The notes below the pieces were generated by a model that had not been told where the DNA came from, searched no databases, and was given only the letters and a program-made list of their open reading frames with translations. A stretch of DNA of 64,000 nucleotides from a virus, in the IMG/VR virus record IMGVR_UViG_3300033149_002975, positions 1 to 64,000 of that record. One strand, 5' to 3'. This document shows, in pieces, positions 48,671 through 57,777 of the stretch (positions are counted from its first letter, which is position 1; the number at the start of each line of letters is the position of its first letter). The translations under genes were made by a program, and so were the position numbers.

Positions 48671-50086
48671 TTATTTTTCCTTTTTAATAACTAAATCATC
48701 TATTACATTTTTAATTCTTTGAAAAGTCCCCCGTTTAAACAAACCACCAACGGGCCAAATCGTACTGTACACAATTTTGATTCCCGATGTTATATCTTCC
48801 TCAATTGCATCGAGTAACTCTTTGTCGGCCACATAAATTGTCTGACTTGGGTTGTACATAAAATCTATAAGATATTCAAAACCTAAATGGTATCCTTCGT
48901 ATAAAGAATTCATTCTAGTACCAAATATGTAATCAAAATCCCTAAAAACATCAAAAGTATTCAATTCCGACTTATTGGATAATGCAGCAATTAGCATTTC
49001 CAAATTTCCGCGGTCTTCACCGTATTCACGTAATAGTCGTCCATAGATTCGTTGTATATCACGTTTCATTTTCTCATTAGAAACCGCAATTGATTCCCCG
49101 GAAGAAGTTGTATATTGCACAACACCAAATACTGAATACCAATTCCACGCCATCTCTTGAAGTTTTATGAATTCCTTATTATGAAATAACGAATATAATT
49201 CAGTTTTTAATTTTGAACGAAGTTTCTTCATATCCGCTTCATTGGCCTCGAATAAACGACGTTCCTCCAATGATTCCTTCATATTCCCGAGCTTCAACAA
49301 TTTTCCGTTTATCTTGTTGCCAAATATCTTCAAAAAACCATCCCAGTGTTTTTTGGGAACTAAAAACTTGACTTTATTTTTAATTATAAACTGTCGTGGG
49401 TCCAAATCATCTAAAATTTCCAAATCCCAATCAGGTTTTTCTTCAGCTAAAGTTGTAAGCATTGCTTTAACAGCTCCTAGTTGCGTCGGCAAATAAGAAA
49501 TGTTGGACATAGTGGTGGATTCATTAATCTTTACTTCATTGGCGGTTATAAGTTCCATTTCCCGCTTACTTGCACCCAACAACCATTCCAATTGTTCTTT
49601 CGGATGAAGACTTGGAATTGATATAGCCTTCTTAAACCATATAATTCTTCTGAACCCATACCTATCATATAGATTGCATATTGTATTAATTTGTTTGTCA
49701 GTTAATTTTTTCTTATTTTCTATATTAATTTCTTTATTACTAACTGAAACCACAACAGCCCCTGAATCAAGCATACGATATTTATCGTAAATATCACTAT
49801 CTGTATATTCCAGGGCCAACTCCCCCAGCCGTCCTTCTCTGTATTTACGTTCCCCTTTTTTATAACCAAAATCTTTGTGTGCAAACGGTACGTGAATTAA
49901 TGACCCATCATTTAACAACCAAAATTTAACGTAATTACCTTCGCGAGGCCACGTGCTATATTTCTTATAATCAGCTTCTTTCGCAACGCCCCATTTCTTT
50001 TTTACCAATGATTGGATATTGGGCAATCTCGACTCGTCAATCATTACTCCATCAAAGACTTTTGTTGCTAAATTGTATAAAGACAT
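48671..50086 (-). CDS. Modular hypothetical protein
   Basis: MIDES, KINES and RLFEA linkers. Confidence 0.65.
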   Translation of the reverse strand: MSLYNLATKVFDGVMIDESRLPNIQSLVKKKWGVAKEADYKKYSTWPREGNYVKFWLLNDGSLIHVPFAHKDFGYKKGERKYREGRLGELALEYTDSDIYDKYRMLDSGAVVVSVSNKEINIENKKKLTDKQINTICNLYDRYGFRRIIWFKKAISIPSLHPKEQLEWLLGASKREMELITANEVKINESTTMSNISYLPTQLGAVKAMLTTLAEEKPDWDLEILDDLDPRQFIIKNKVKFLVPKKHWDGFLKIFGNKINGKLLKLGNMKESLEERRLFEANEADMKKLRSKLKTELYSLFHNKEFIKLQEMAWNWYSVFGVVQYTTSSGESIAVSNEKMKRDIQRIYGRLLREYGEDRGNLEMLIAALSNKSELNTFDVFRDFDYIFGTRMNSLYEGYHLGFEYLIDFMYNPSQTIYVADKELLDAIEEDITSGIKIVYSTIWPVGGLFKRGTFQRIKNVIDDLVIKKEK

Positions 50087-50106
50087 TTTTATCCCTTTAG
50101 GAGACC

Positions 50107-52272
50107 TTAGTACGGACTTTCTTCCGGTAATCTACCAAGCTTTGTAAGAATCTGCCGCACCTCCTCAAGCCATTTATCTAATTGCAACCCACGTCTAGAC
50201 TCAGGATCATCTATATCCATCACCAGATGTCCAAGTGCCGGAAAATCTCTGTGCCACTGATTAACAGCATTATCTAAAGCAACCAACGCCTCACCCGGGT
50301 CTTTTCTAATTATTGCCGATTGAATTTCTTGTAATCTTTTTCTATACGCTTTATAAATTTCCTCATCTTCAATTTTATCCTGTTCGTATTTATCATACCA
50401 CTCCAAATATCCTTTATAATAGCCCTTCATCATATATAAAGCTTCAAACACGTTTTCTGGTGATGGGTCGATACCCCTTTCTATGTCATGATAAACTTTA
50501 TACAAAGCTTTGACCCCAGAATAATCAACGGATTCTTTTAACCGATTTTTCCAATATTCATTTTCCGCTTTAATACCATTTTCTGAAGTAAATTTTGATC
50601 CACCTTCCTCAAACCACCATTTAGTGTATTCATCAAAAAGATAAAAATCAGCGTAGTGACCCCAAAATTCTATATCGACCCATAATTTTAATTGTAATTC
50701 AGCCTCTAATTGTGCCTTTTCATTCCTTGATAATTTACCGTAAGCAAATTTATCAACTTTGAAATATTTTTCATAATCGGGTTCCCACCACCCCATCCAA
50801 TCACCCGCCGGTACTGGTTTATTGGGTTTTCTATTTAATATATAAATCACCTTATTATTATCAAGAATTTTAACAGTATATTTATCATTCGATGCTTCGG
50901 CTATTGATTTTATCGTTCCATTCGTGTAACCAGTTATTGTTCTTTTATCATTTTCATATTCATCATAAACGAATTTGGCAAATTTGTCTTCATTTATCGA
51001 TTCTCTTAAAGCGTACCCACCACTAAATATACTGTACCCATTTTTATCCCTTGCATCAAACCATTTACTACTTTTTTTCTTTCTAAAAATAATAGCTGGT
51101 GAATTCTTATACATAATTCCGGCAGGAACATGAACTTCAACCATTTCCCCGCCTTTATCAATAATTTTTACATTATCCAATTCCACAATATCCATTTTTG
51201 GGTGTGATCTACTTCCGGACCATTCCGCCCATTTAACCTTAACATTTTCATATTCTTTTGGGTAACCAACAACCTTTTTTCTAGATAATTCTTTCATTTG
51301 TTTCAAATCTTCATCCGCTTGCATACGAGTATCTTCATCATAGTCTTGTGGGTTTATATAAACATTTATATCATAATAATCGGTCGGATTATACTTGCAA
51401 CTTGTATGGTGCCACTCGGACGGGGAAAGAACTTGTTTTAATGCTTTAGTTGTTACACCCAATTTTTTTGCAGCAATGGAAGCAGGGAATTTTCCAATAT
51501 GTTCCGCCTCAACCGCCCTTTTACTTTTAGAATACCCAACATAACCTCTTTCATTAATTGATTCTTTGGTCTCTTCTTTCTCCGGCTCTTCCTTCTCCGG
51601 CTCTTCTTTTTTTATCTCTTTTCTCTTCCCTAATTCCTCGCCAGCCTTTTTGAATTCTTCGGATTCTTTCTTAGCTTCATCCTCGAATTCTTCAATATCT
51701 TTTCCATAAAAATCATTCAACCATCGAGCAATCGTCGAATTGTAAAACGGCAAAGCCTTAAATAATGCGTCCAAATGCTTACACACAGCCCCATATTGAT
51801 GTGGATTTCTAATTCTTGGTGCCCTGGTTTCTTTATCCCCATATTTCGCATTATATTTATCTTTGCTTAATATATAATTGAAACCCCAATATTGCTGACA
51901 GGGACAATTACACGTGATTTTAACTTCCGCTTGATTACGAAATTCATTAGCCAACAACCTTAAATCAATTTTCGATTTATCACGTGTCCACAATCTTCGA
52001 TCTTTTACCAGTTTTTCCAAAGTTGGTGTAATATTTGAAAATTTGATAACCGCGTCATACCATACAGACTTTTTAGTTCCAGAATGAATTTTAAAATGCC
52101 AGGATTCGGTTCCTAATCTATCCAACCTGACACCACCCATATGGCCAACCTTTTCCACACGCCCAGGGTGGGCTGGGAACAAAGAAGTGATGGTACGTTG
52201 CTTTCTTGTAATATCAGCCACCGTTGCTTCATTTATTCTATCAATAGTTTTTGTTAATAATTTGTATAACAT
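50107..52272 (-). CDS. SWIM zinc-finger modular protein
   Basis: TCNCP...GAVCKHL; ESINE x2 linkers; EWHHTS module. Confidence 0.7.
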   Translation of the reverse strand: MLYKLLTKTIDRINEATVADITRKQRTITSLFPAHPGRVEKVGHMGGVRLDRLGTESWHFKIHSGTKKSVWYDAVIKFSNITPTLEKLVKDRRLWTRDKSKIDLRLLANEFRNQAEVKITCNCPCQQYWGFNYILSKDKYNAKYGDKETRAPRIRNPHQYGAVCKHLDALFKALPFYNSTIARWLNDFYGKDIEEFEDEAKKESEEFKKAGEELGKRKEIKKEEPEKEEPEKEETKESINERGYVGYSKSKRAVEAEHIGKFPASIAAKKLGVTTKALKQVLSPSEWHHTSCKYNPTDYYDINVYINPQDYDEDTRMQADEDLKQMKELSRKKVVGYPKEYENVKVKWAEWSGSRSHPKMDIVELDNVKIIDKGGEMVEVHVPAGIMYKNSPAIIFRKKKSSKWFDARDKNGYSIFSGGYALRESINEDKFAKFVYDEYENDKRTITGYTNGTIKSIAEASNDKYTVKILDNNKVIYILNRKPNKPVPAGDWMGWWEPDYEKYFKVDKFAYGKLSRNEKAQLEAELQLKLWVDIEFWGHYADFYLFDEYTKWWFEEGGSKFTSENGIKAENEYWKNRLKESVDYSGVKALYKVYHDIERGIDPSPENVFEALYMMKGYYKGYLEWYDKYEQDKIEDEEIYKAYRKRLQEIQSAIIRKDPGEALVALDNAVNQWHRDFPALGHLVMDIDDPESRRGLQLDKWLEEVRQILTKLGRLPEESPY

Positions 52273-52275
52273 AAA

Positions 52276-53055
52276 TTAGACCGCTACCAAACTCTCGGTA
52301 TTGTGGGAACAGATACCATAATGTCCAATAGCAAAATTACAATTTCTGCATAAAATTCTAAAATCACTTGGAAAATTATTATAAATTATCCAATCATATA
52401 TACCGGACCCAACATCTTTTCTGTGTTTACAACCACCACCACAAATATGATCGACGGATAACACATCAAAATTCTCTTCCCCGCAGCATTCACACTTCCC
52501 ACCATAATAACCAATAACTGTACTCCTAATTCGTGCATAACGTCCATTAACACGTTTAATTGAATTAAGATATTTTAACCAATTACAATTATGACATAAA
52601 ACCTGAAATCCTGATGGAAAATTATTATTAATTATCCACCGGTAAAACCCATAACCACTAAATGATTTAATTTGTTCTGTTCCGCCGCCATTAATATGAT
52701 CTACGGTCAAGAACATTAAATTGGACTCACCACAACAAGCACATTTGCCACCATAATGGGTAATAATTTGTAATTTTATTTTCTGTCCATACTCAAAATG
52801 TCTCAATTTCTCTTCGGTGGCGTGATTATCCCTAAATTTCTTTCCGTACCTCCTTATTTCTTCAATATGTTCTTTTCGATACAAACCCCAATATTCATTA
52901 AACCGATCTTTGTTGTCCTTTCTATATGTACTCTTACATTCTTTACACTTTGAATACAAACCATCCGGTGAATATTTGTTTCTACTAAAATATACTGATG
53001 TAGCTGGTAATTCTCTTTTACAACCAGAACAAATTTTAATACCATCATTAATCAT
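52276..53055 (-). CDS. HNH homing endonuclease-like protein with tandem HNH domains
   Basis: Two copies of YGGKC.CCGE...VDHI.GGG...F..LC.NCN; N-terminal CxxC..CxxC. Confidence 0.75.
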   Translation of the reverse strand: MINDGIKICSGCKRELPATSVYFSRNKYSPDGLYSKCKECKSTYRKDNKDRFNEYWGLYRKEHIEEIRRYGKKFRDNHATEEKLRHFEYGQKIKLQIITHYGGKCACCGESNLMFLTVDHINGGGTEQIKSFSGYGFYRWIINNNFPSGFQVLCHNCNWLKYLNSIKRVNGRYARIRSTVIGYYGGKCECCGEENFDVLSVDHICGGGCKHRKDVGSGIYDWIIYNNFPSDFRILCRNCNFAIGHYGICSHNTESLVAV

Positions 53056-53759
53056 ATTTTGCGCGCGAATATGACCCATCTTGAATCTTCAGCCAATCTG
53101 TCTTCAAGTTCCTTGGCCCGTTCTTTTCCATCATTCACCATTGATTGCCCATCATTTGCTATATTAACAATTGATGATTTTCTCAATGTATTGCCTTCTA
53201 TTTGCTGAAGTAGCGCTTTACTGTATCGTAACAGCCAATCGTATATCGGCTCAATTTTTACATCTTCAAATTCTGTGATTCTTTTTGTTCCTATGACGTA
53301 TAACTTATCAGTTCCCGCCGGAACATTTATTGCATATAAATAACCGCCAACATTCATATCTTCAGATTTTTGCCATATAAATTGAAAATCAGTACCAACG
53401 TAAGCTCTATACGATCTGAAAGCCTCTGAAAGCATTATCAAATCGCCGGTTACATTATCCAAAACCGTAATACCCATCAAAGTCCACAACGGATGATCAT
53501 TCCAAATCCACGTTGTGGTTTTTGATGGATAACAATCTGCTACTGCCTTAAATTGTGCATTCAATTGAACACGTTTGGTGCCGGGTGGAAAATCAACCAT
53601 TGTTTCTATACGATAAGCGGAATGTGTATTCCAATACCTAATGGCATTTTCTACTATTTGTTTTAACGTAGTATCTGGTGTTGCCAATTGCAGTGGTAGA
53701 AATTCTTGTTTCAACCATTTTATGTATTTATCATAATTTCGCTCACCTGATTCAGCCAT
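53052..53759 (-). CDS. Neck/head-tail adaptor (gp13-like)
   Basis: AIRYW, WLLRYSKAL...G..LRK, DG.....LEDRL; follows the capsid gene. Confidence 0.65.
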   Translation of the reverse strand: MAESGERNYDKYIKWLKQEFLPLQLATPDTTLKQIVENAIRYWNTHSAYRIETMVDFPPGTKRVQLNAQFKAVADCYPSKTTTWIWNDHPLWTLMGITVLDNVTGDLIMLSEAFRSYRAYVGTDFQFIWQKSEDMNVGGYLYAINVPAGTDKLYVIGTKRITEFEDVKIEPIYDWLLRYSKALLQQIEGNTLRKSSIVNIANDGQSMVNDGKERAKELEDRLAEDSRWVIFARKI

Positions 53760-53829
53760 TTTTATTATTCCGTGGACTGCTGGCGTCCTTTATTGCCAGC
53801 AGTCCGTATTATATATATTATAATAACAA

Positions 53830-53851
53830 GGGTGGTGAAAAATCACCACCC
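53830..53851 (-). terminator. Rho-independent terminator after the major capsid gene
   Basis: GGGTGGTGA-TTTT-TCACCACCC followed by TTGTTATT on the minus strand. Confidence 0.7.
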
Positions 53852-53867
53852 ATTTTGCCCGCTCGGT

Positions 53868-55403
53868 CTAGGCAGTTGTTCCAATACCAGAAATTTTACC
53901 CTTTGTGAATAATCCAGGATTTACAACCTTGAATCCCGCAGAACTTAGGAAACCTTTCTGTGACTGTAGATCACTGGTGATCAGCGTCGGAGTTGCAAAC
54001 AACGGAATATAAGGTGCATAAATGAACGAAGAATACAAAAAGTTTTCGCCTTTATAGGCTTCAACATAACTGTTCTCGTCCATAAATGGATTCTGAACTA
54101 CTATCATGTTGTTAACCGACGTAACATTTCCTATAACTATTGGACCTGTCGGGATATCCTTCTCCCAGTTAAACGAAGGTTTAAACGAACCCTCAAGACC
54201 AAACCCAGGAGTTAATTGGCGAAGCACTCTGGCAACATTATTACCGCAAATGCAAACATTACCAACACCTCTCAAGGTTTTCTTGAAAATAGCATTTGAA
54301 CCCTGAATCAAACGATCCGTAAACTCTCTGCAATGAAGTGTCCACGCCTGACCGGAACGTATTGCAGCGTTCCAAGTGTCATTGGATTCAGCGGCATCAT
54401 CGTCGTCTGCAGCAGCAATCATCATATCAAGACCTCTCTGATCAATTGCAAACTTGGCCATACCGCCAACATACTTGATCATTTCATCTTCAAGATTGAT
54501 GCCGTGCGCTTTCTGCAAATCGATGGCTGCACCCACCGAATATTGTGCACGTGCCGGAAAATCTTCAGCAGTTACTGTTTCCTGTACAACTTCAACATCA
54601 AATCCGGAAACACCAGTTTTCTTGTCGTTATCATCGGTCGGCAAATCATACTGATACCAGTAACTTATCAATACCGTATCATCCGAATCAAGCCCGGAAA
54701 TTTCGATTGAATAAGTACCGGCAGCAGTAATTGTTCCTGCAACCGTAACGCCATCATCATCTACATCAACCAGTGTGCCATCGGAATTACAAGTAGCAAT
54801 TGTCGAATAAGTACCGGCAGCAGTTAATCTTTCGATGATTACATTATCAAGATGAATTAGTCCGGGATTGATGTCAGTTGGACCGGGACCATACGTTCCA
54901 TCACCAACGCCAAGTGTCTCCCTTGAAACCGCAGCCATAGCGTATTTGCGGCCACCGCGCTTCGTGTTGACACCAGTTTTTGCCGATATCAACGATTCTC
55001 CAGCAGCTACCTCACCCTTCTTATTGGCGGCCAATACATTTAGATAAAACACAGCAGCAATTCTTCTATCCAACGGCTGAATGGTAGCTATTTGGTTGAG
55101 AACCAACGAAGGAAGCAATGCAGCAATTACCGGCAACTGAATGCCCAAAAAGCTAATGCTATCTTCAGTCGTGGCCTCAAACAGCTTGCTATGACGTCTA
55201 GACATCGCATCTTCGCGTGCATTCTGCATACACTGGGCAATGGACATCTTCTCGTACAAACTCATCTCACGTCCTTGCTCCGCCTTGACACCCTCTGCAA
55301 CCATTTCTATCAACGGTTTGATCTCTGGATGCTCAAGGAGGCGCATTCGGCGACCCTCCATAAGGGCCATTTCTGATTTCTGTGCCTCTGTTAATGGCAA
55401 CAT
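53868..55403 (-). CDS. Major capsid protein (T4 gp23-like)
   Basis: IQPL....VFYL, DLQKAHGINLEDE, YKG......YAPYIP. Confidence 0.9.
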   Translation of the reverse strand: MLPLTEAQKSEMALMEGRRMRLLEHPEIKPLIEMVAEGVKAEQGREMSLYEKMSIAQCMQNAREDAMSRRHSKLFEATTEDSISFLGIQLPVIAALLPSLVLNQIATIQPLDRRIAAVFYLNVLAANKKGEVAAGESLISAKTGVNTKRGGRKYAMAAVSRETLGVGDGTYGPGPTDINPGLIHLDNVIIERLTAAGTYSTIATCNSDGTLVDVDDDGVTVAGTITAAGTYSIEISGLDSDDTVLISYWYQYDLPTDDNDKKTGVSGFDVEVVQETVTAEDFPARAQYSVGAAIDLQKAHGINLEDEMIKYVGGMAKFAIDQRGLDMMIAAADDDDAAESNDTWNAAIRSGQAWTLHCREFTDRLIQGSNAIFKKTLRGVGNVCICGNNVARVLRQLTPGFGLEGSFKPSFNWEKDIPTGPIVIGNVTSVNNMIVVQNPFMDENSYVEAYKGENFLYSSFIYAPYIPLFATPTLITSDLQSQKGFLSSAGFKVVNPGLFTKGKISGIGTTA

Positions 55404-55420
55404 GTTCTTCACCTTTCCTT

Positions 55421-57760
55421 TTAAGATTTTAATCCTAATACATTGTTAATAATTGTTTTCTGACGTTTTCTAACTGGGTCGATTGGTTCTTTTCGCTTTT
55501 CAATTAATACCGTTTGCACCGGATTGGCATGAAGTGCACGCCTACGCGAAACATCGCGGCATTCGTCTAAAGCTTTATCGACCTCTTCAATTGTCTGACA
55601 ACTTTCAAGAAGTGCTCGTTGGTTGTCAGAAATTTGTAGCCCATTTGATTCCTTTGTTAAATATTCTTTAATTATTCTTGCTCTAACTTTTTTTTCAGTT
55701 TGCTTTATTTTTTCATCAAATTTTTTGTTGGCCTCCGTCATTTCCCTATCATGCTTTTTCTTTAATCCTGCGGCCTTTTGTTTTAAATATGAAGTTACTT
55801 TTTTGATTTCTGCTTTTGCATTATTAAGTTTCTTCTCCAATATGTTTATCTTTGCTGTTAATTCATTGCTACGTTTCATTAAATCCTGTGCTGATTTTGC
55901 CTTCTCTTCAAGTTTTAACCTTAAAGCCAAAACATCATCAGATTCTGCATTCCTCATTTCTTTAAGCTTTTTGGTAAGAATTCGAAATTCCAAATCTTTA
56001 TCAGCTATGGTATTCAAAAATTCGACTGCCAAATCTCTTTCAGCGCGTGAGGTGGCTTCTTTAATTTGTAATTCCATGATATCTTTACCAATGGGTCTAA
56101 CTATTTCCGGTTTCGATACAGACATTACCCCCTCTGGAACTGTTTCACTGAAAGAAGTTTTCAATATTCCGGCAATTACCTTCGCCATTTCAACAGCTTT
56201 TTCTTTTGTTGGAAAACTAAATGTCAAGTAAGCAGCACCATTTGCTGGCTTCCTATAAACACCGTATTTATCATTCAAAAAACCGGTCTCATCAACAAAT
56301 AATATGTCTTTATCCTCATTAATTTTTGACTCTTCAAGAACTATTATTTCATATTGTGATTCATCATACCAGTCATCAATACCGTCAATTTTTACGGCGG
56401 TCGTTCCTTCGGGTTCCGTTGTACTAACATCCACAACTTTTCCAAATGGAACAATTGTCGTGTTACCGTCTTTATCTTTTATTTGTACAATATTCCCAAC
56501 TTTATAACGTTCATTTAACATTTCATTGATATAATCAATAATTTGTTCCACCGATTCATTCCTTTGGTGTGCCGGTTTTACGGCACGTTTCTTTCCCAAT
56601 GCACCCATACAACGCTTGTAGGCTTCTTTTTGCGTCATTTCTCCAGATTTGATTTTTGCCGCATAACCTGTAGCACATTTGTGGAAAGCTTTCGTGTGGA
56701 CCCCTTTACCTTTTGGGGGTTTCAAACCTTTGCTGGTGTACAATTTTCTAATCTCTTCTGTTTCATTAACTTTTGATTCTTTCATATCTTCCGAATCCAA
56801 ATCAAATTCCTCCTCAAAATCTTCGTCCGACAATTCGATATCTTCACCGGACGTATCATCGTCAACGTCCCCAGTTTCCGTTTGCGTCCCATCATCAGGT
56901 ATAGCTATTTCATCAGGTGCTCCTTGTGGGGGCGTTTCCACGGTAATTTCAACCGTTGAATCGGGTTGATCCGGTAACACATTAACCGATTTTACATCCC
57001 CGGTAGCAACAATTTTTTGTGTATTTGGGTTCACTCCCACCGTTATTTGTTCTTCATTGGTCCTTGATTCAGACGATATTCTAATATTACCTTCAACTAT
57101 TTTACATTCCCCTTTATCATTACACTCTATAGATTCCAAAAGTTTCATTGCAAATCGTTTCTCTTCCGGCTTTATTTTCTCGTTCTCAATTTCTTTGCGG
57201 ACGGCAGACATTATGTTTCTTTTTATGTCTATTGGGAAAGCACCAAATGTTGAAGGGTCTGCCGTAAAATCTGTAACTTTAAAATTATACGCTTCAGGAA
57301 TTACATGATAACATTTATTGCCGGACTCATCAATTTCTTCTCTCAAATCACCCTCAGCCCTCGTTGACACACCAATATTACATTTGGCAGCCAACAATGC
57401 GTCAATAATTCTGCCCTGCGGGGTATCCAGAACATCCATCTCAGTATATACTTTACTCTCGTCCATCCACATTTTAACAATTACGTGAGAAATTAATGGA
57501 GTTTTGGATTGAATGCCGTCAGGGTGCTCTGCGTGCCCAAATAACGAACGATTCTTTATTGAATCCATCAATTCTTTGTTTTCAAAGAGCCTTTCCCACA
57601 CATCGCGTCCGTATATTCGGTGATTGGCATTAATTTTCCCTATATTACAAATGGGATAGACCACACGGCATAAAACACGATCCGGCAATTTGTCGGTTTT
57701 CACCAATCTCCCGCCTGTGGTAATCGATTCATCCAATTTTTGGTTTTTTAATATTCTCAT
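55421..57760 (-). CDS. Prohead protease (gp21-like) fused to inserted modules and a scaffold-like coiled coil
   Basis: NANHRIY, GHAEHP, ISH, LDTPQG, GVSTRAEG, DFTADPS; long K/E coiled-coil C-terminus. Confidence 0.85.
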   Translation of the reverse strand: MRILKNQKLDESITTGGRLVKTDKLPDRVLCRVVYPICNIGKINANHRIYGRDVWERLFENKELMDSIKNRSLFGHAEHPDGIQSKTPLISHVIVKMWMDESKVYTEMDVLDTPQGRIIDALLAAKCNIGVSTRAEGDLREEIDESGNKCYHVIPEAYNFKVTDFTADPSTFGAFPIDIKRNIMSAVRKEIENEKIKPEEKRFAMKLLESIECNDKGECKIVEGNIRISSESRTNEEQITVGVNPNTQKIVATGDVKSVNVLPDQPDSTVEITVETPPQGAPDEIAIPDDGTQTETGDVDDDTSGEDIELSDEDFEEEFDLDSEDMKESKVNETEEIRKLYTSKGLKPPKGKGVHTKAFHKCATGYAAKIKSGEMTQKEAYKRCMGALGKKRAVKPAHQRNESVEQIIDYINEMLNERYKVGNIVQIKDKDGNTTIVPFGKVVDVSTTEPEGTTAVKIDGIDDWYDESQYEIIVLEESKINEDKDILFVDETGFLNDKYGVYRKPANGAAYLTFSFPTKEKAVEMAKVIAGILKTSFSETVPEGVMSVSKPEIVRPIGKDIMELQIKEATSRAERDLAVEFLNTIADKDLEFRILTKKLKEMRNAESDDVLALRLKLEEKAKSAQDLMKRSNELTAKINILEKKLNNAKAEIKKVTSYLKQKAAGLKKKHDREMTEANKKFDEKIKQTEKKVRARIIKEYLTKESNGLQISDNQRALLESCQTIEEVDKALDECRDVSRRRALHANPVQTVLIEKRKEPIDPVRKRQKTIINNVLGLKS

Positions 57761-57777
57761 CTTTATCCCTTTTTGAA

